Shown piece by piece: positions 62,629 through 64,000 of a stretch of DNA of 64,000 nt. The stretch comes from Chara braunii (Eukaryota; Plantae; Charophyceae). The DNA lies in NCBI GenBank assembly GCA_003427395.1, contig BFEA01000004.1:3628334-3692333 (forward strand). The letters are read 5' to 3'. The position numbers were made by a program, and so were the translations under genes. Position 1 is the first letter of the stretch. Every line of letters begins with the position of its first letter. The notes beneath the pieces were generated by a model. It did no database searches. It saw only the letters and a program-made list of their open reading frames with translations, and was not told where the DNA came from.

Positions 62629-63329
62629 AGAGAAGTTTCAGAATAGTGCAGTCATTGCAGCTATACGCTGCGTGTACGAATCCATCTCTTGTGTGGGCTC
62701 ATGCCTGTGCTCAGACTTCACATCGCGCTGCCATAGCAGCCTTCCAAATTCCCCGCCACATATGAAGATGCTGTTTACTACGATGCAGATATAGGGAGCG
62801 CACTATTTCAAACCGACCGAGTTTGTCCTTATGACCTTCCTAAAGCTTATCACTTCGGTGGGATGTGGTTTTGTGTTGATTGGTTGTTTTGATTCTCCCT
62901 GGATTAATCTGTCTTATTCAAACCTCACAGTGCTGCCTTGTTTGACAGCTCACACCGCATGGAACCGCCACTACAACTATCGTTGGTGCAAGGTGGCGAA
63001 CAAGTGGTGGTGGCATCGGCTGTTGCTGGGGTATCAGGGTGCCTTGCACTTTCCGAAGAACAGTCGCACTGCCAGAGTGCTGCCAGAGAGCTTCCACGTC
63101 CCAATTCCCTACTCCTTCCCCATCTGATGACGAGTCCTAGAAGTAATCTAACCATAATGATGGCCAGAGAGGGTCCTGCCTCTTTTTGAACTTACGAAAA
63201 CTGTGATCATTAGTATACTACCAGACAGAAGAGAAAACGACAGTTGTCCTTATCGGGGCATAGGGTAACTGACTATAACAAGAGGTATGGCTAAGAAAAA
63301 GGACCTCAGAAGGTTACGGACTAGTCTGG

Positions 63330-63755
63330 AGTGACACACAGGTTGGTCTAGAGTCGGCTTAGGTAATGACACTGCATAGGGTAGCTCCATGGAAACATTG
63401 GGATCCAGACTAGACTGTAGTGTAATCCGACCATTATGTAACCCTGATAGGTACTCAGGTTGCTCTAGAGTTGGCTTAGATTAGACACTGCCTAGGGTAG
63501 CTCCGTGGGAACATTCCGTTCCGGACTGGCCCGGGCCTGGACTGGCACACAGGCTGGTCTAGAGTTGGCTTAGGTAAGACACTGCCCAGATAGCTCCGTC
63601 AAAACATTCCGTTCTGGACTAGCCTAGAGTGGTACCCATATCGACCAGAACATACCCCCAAGAGACACCCGGAATGGTCTAGAGTTGGCTTAGGTAAACA
63701 CACTACCTAAGGATGGCTCCGAGGAAACATACGGTTCCAGACTGACCTGGGGCTC
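63330..63755. repeat. Diverged tandem repeat, 94-120-bp units, 4 copies
   Basis: TCTAGAGT(C/T)GGCTTAG...ACACT(G/A)C....G.(T/G)(A/G)GCTCC...AAACAT near 63347, 63464, 63558 and 63678. Confidence 0.85.
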
Positions 63756-64000
63756 ACAACCCATGACTAATAAACAACTGAGGGTGCAAGGGGGGGTGGG
63801 CCACTGGTTTCTCCTGGCTGGAATCGGCCCTGTGGCGAACTCAATATGAATCAGATAACTAACCACAACGATAACACAACCCCAAATACGGCAATAGTAG
63901 GCTATGCTAGGAACATGTCGCCCAGATAGGGTCAGGGGCTGTCTCGGGTAAGACTTTGGTCAGGGTAGGACCGCTACACACTGCCTAGGGGTGGCCCTAT

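Overview
Eukaryotic, almost entirely transposon-derived window. No intact host gene is recognisable. The element types, low-complexity tracts and N gaps suggest a large repeat-rich green-plant or algal genome; a charophyte such as Chara is my inference only. The window holds two degenerate chromodomain-bearing Ty3/Gypsy elements (~5.8-10.7 kb on minus, ~18-27.4 kb on plus) and a third gag-protease fragment (44.3-46.1 kb). It also holds two decayed L1/Tx1-like LINEs, two tRNA-headed SINEs, several MITE families (4-bp TSD, TTAA TSD, hAT-like 8-bp TSD, CACTA) and large fold-back palindromes. The most notable object is a ~4.6-kb non-coding LTR-like module present as two strongly diverged, oppositely oriented copies (~30.4-34.95 kb and 46.15-50.72 kb). 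Each copy carries an array of 8-9 hairpins with a conserved 19-nt loop (CAUUCAACUUAGAAACAAA), a different self-complementary stem in each unit, and unique spacers. In the well-paired units, most stem mismatches resolve as G-U pairs on the same strand in both copies, which points to a selected multivalent RNA structure array. Also notable: a mobile satellite cassette with no TIR, LTR or poly(A), whose 66/78-nt units read as LRR-like peptides; and a dispersed retroposon 3' module with a conserved head plus a structure-conserved, sequence-variable hairpin.
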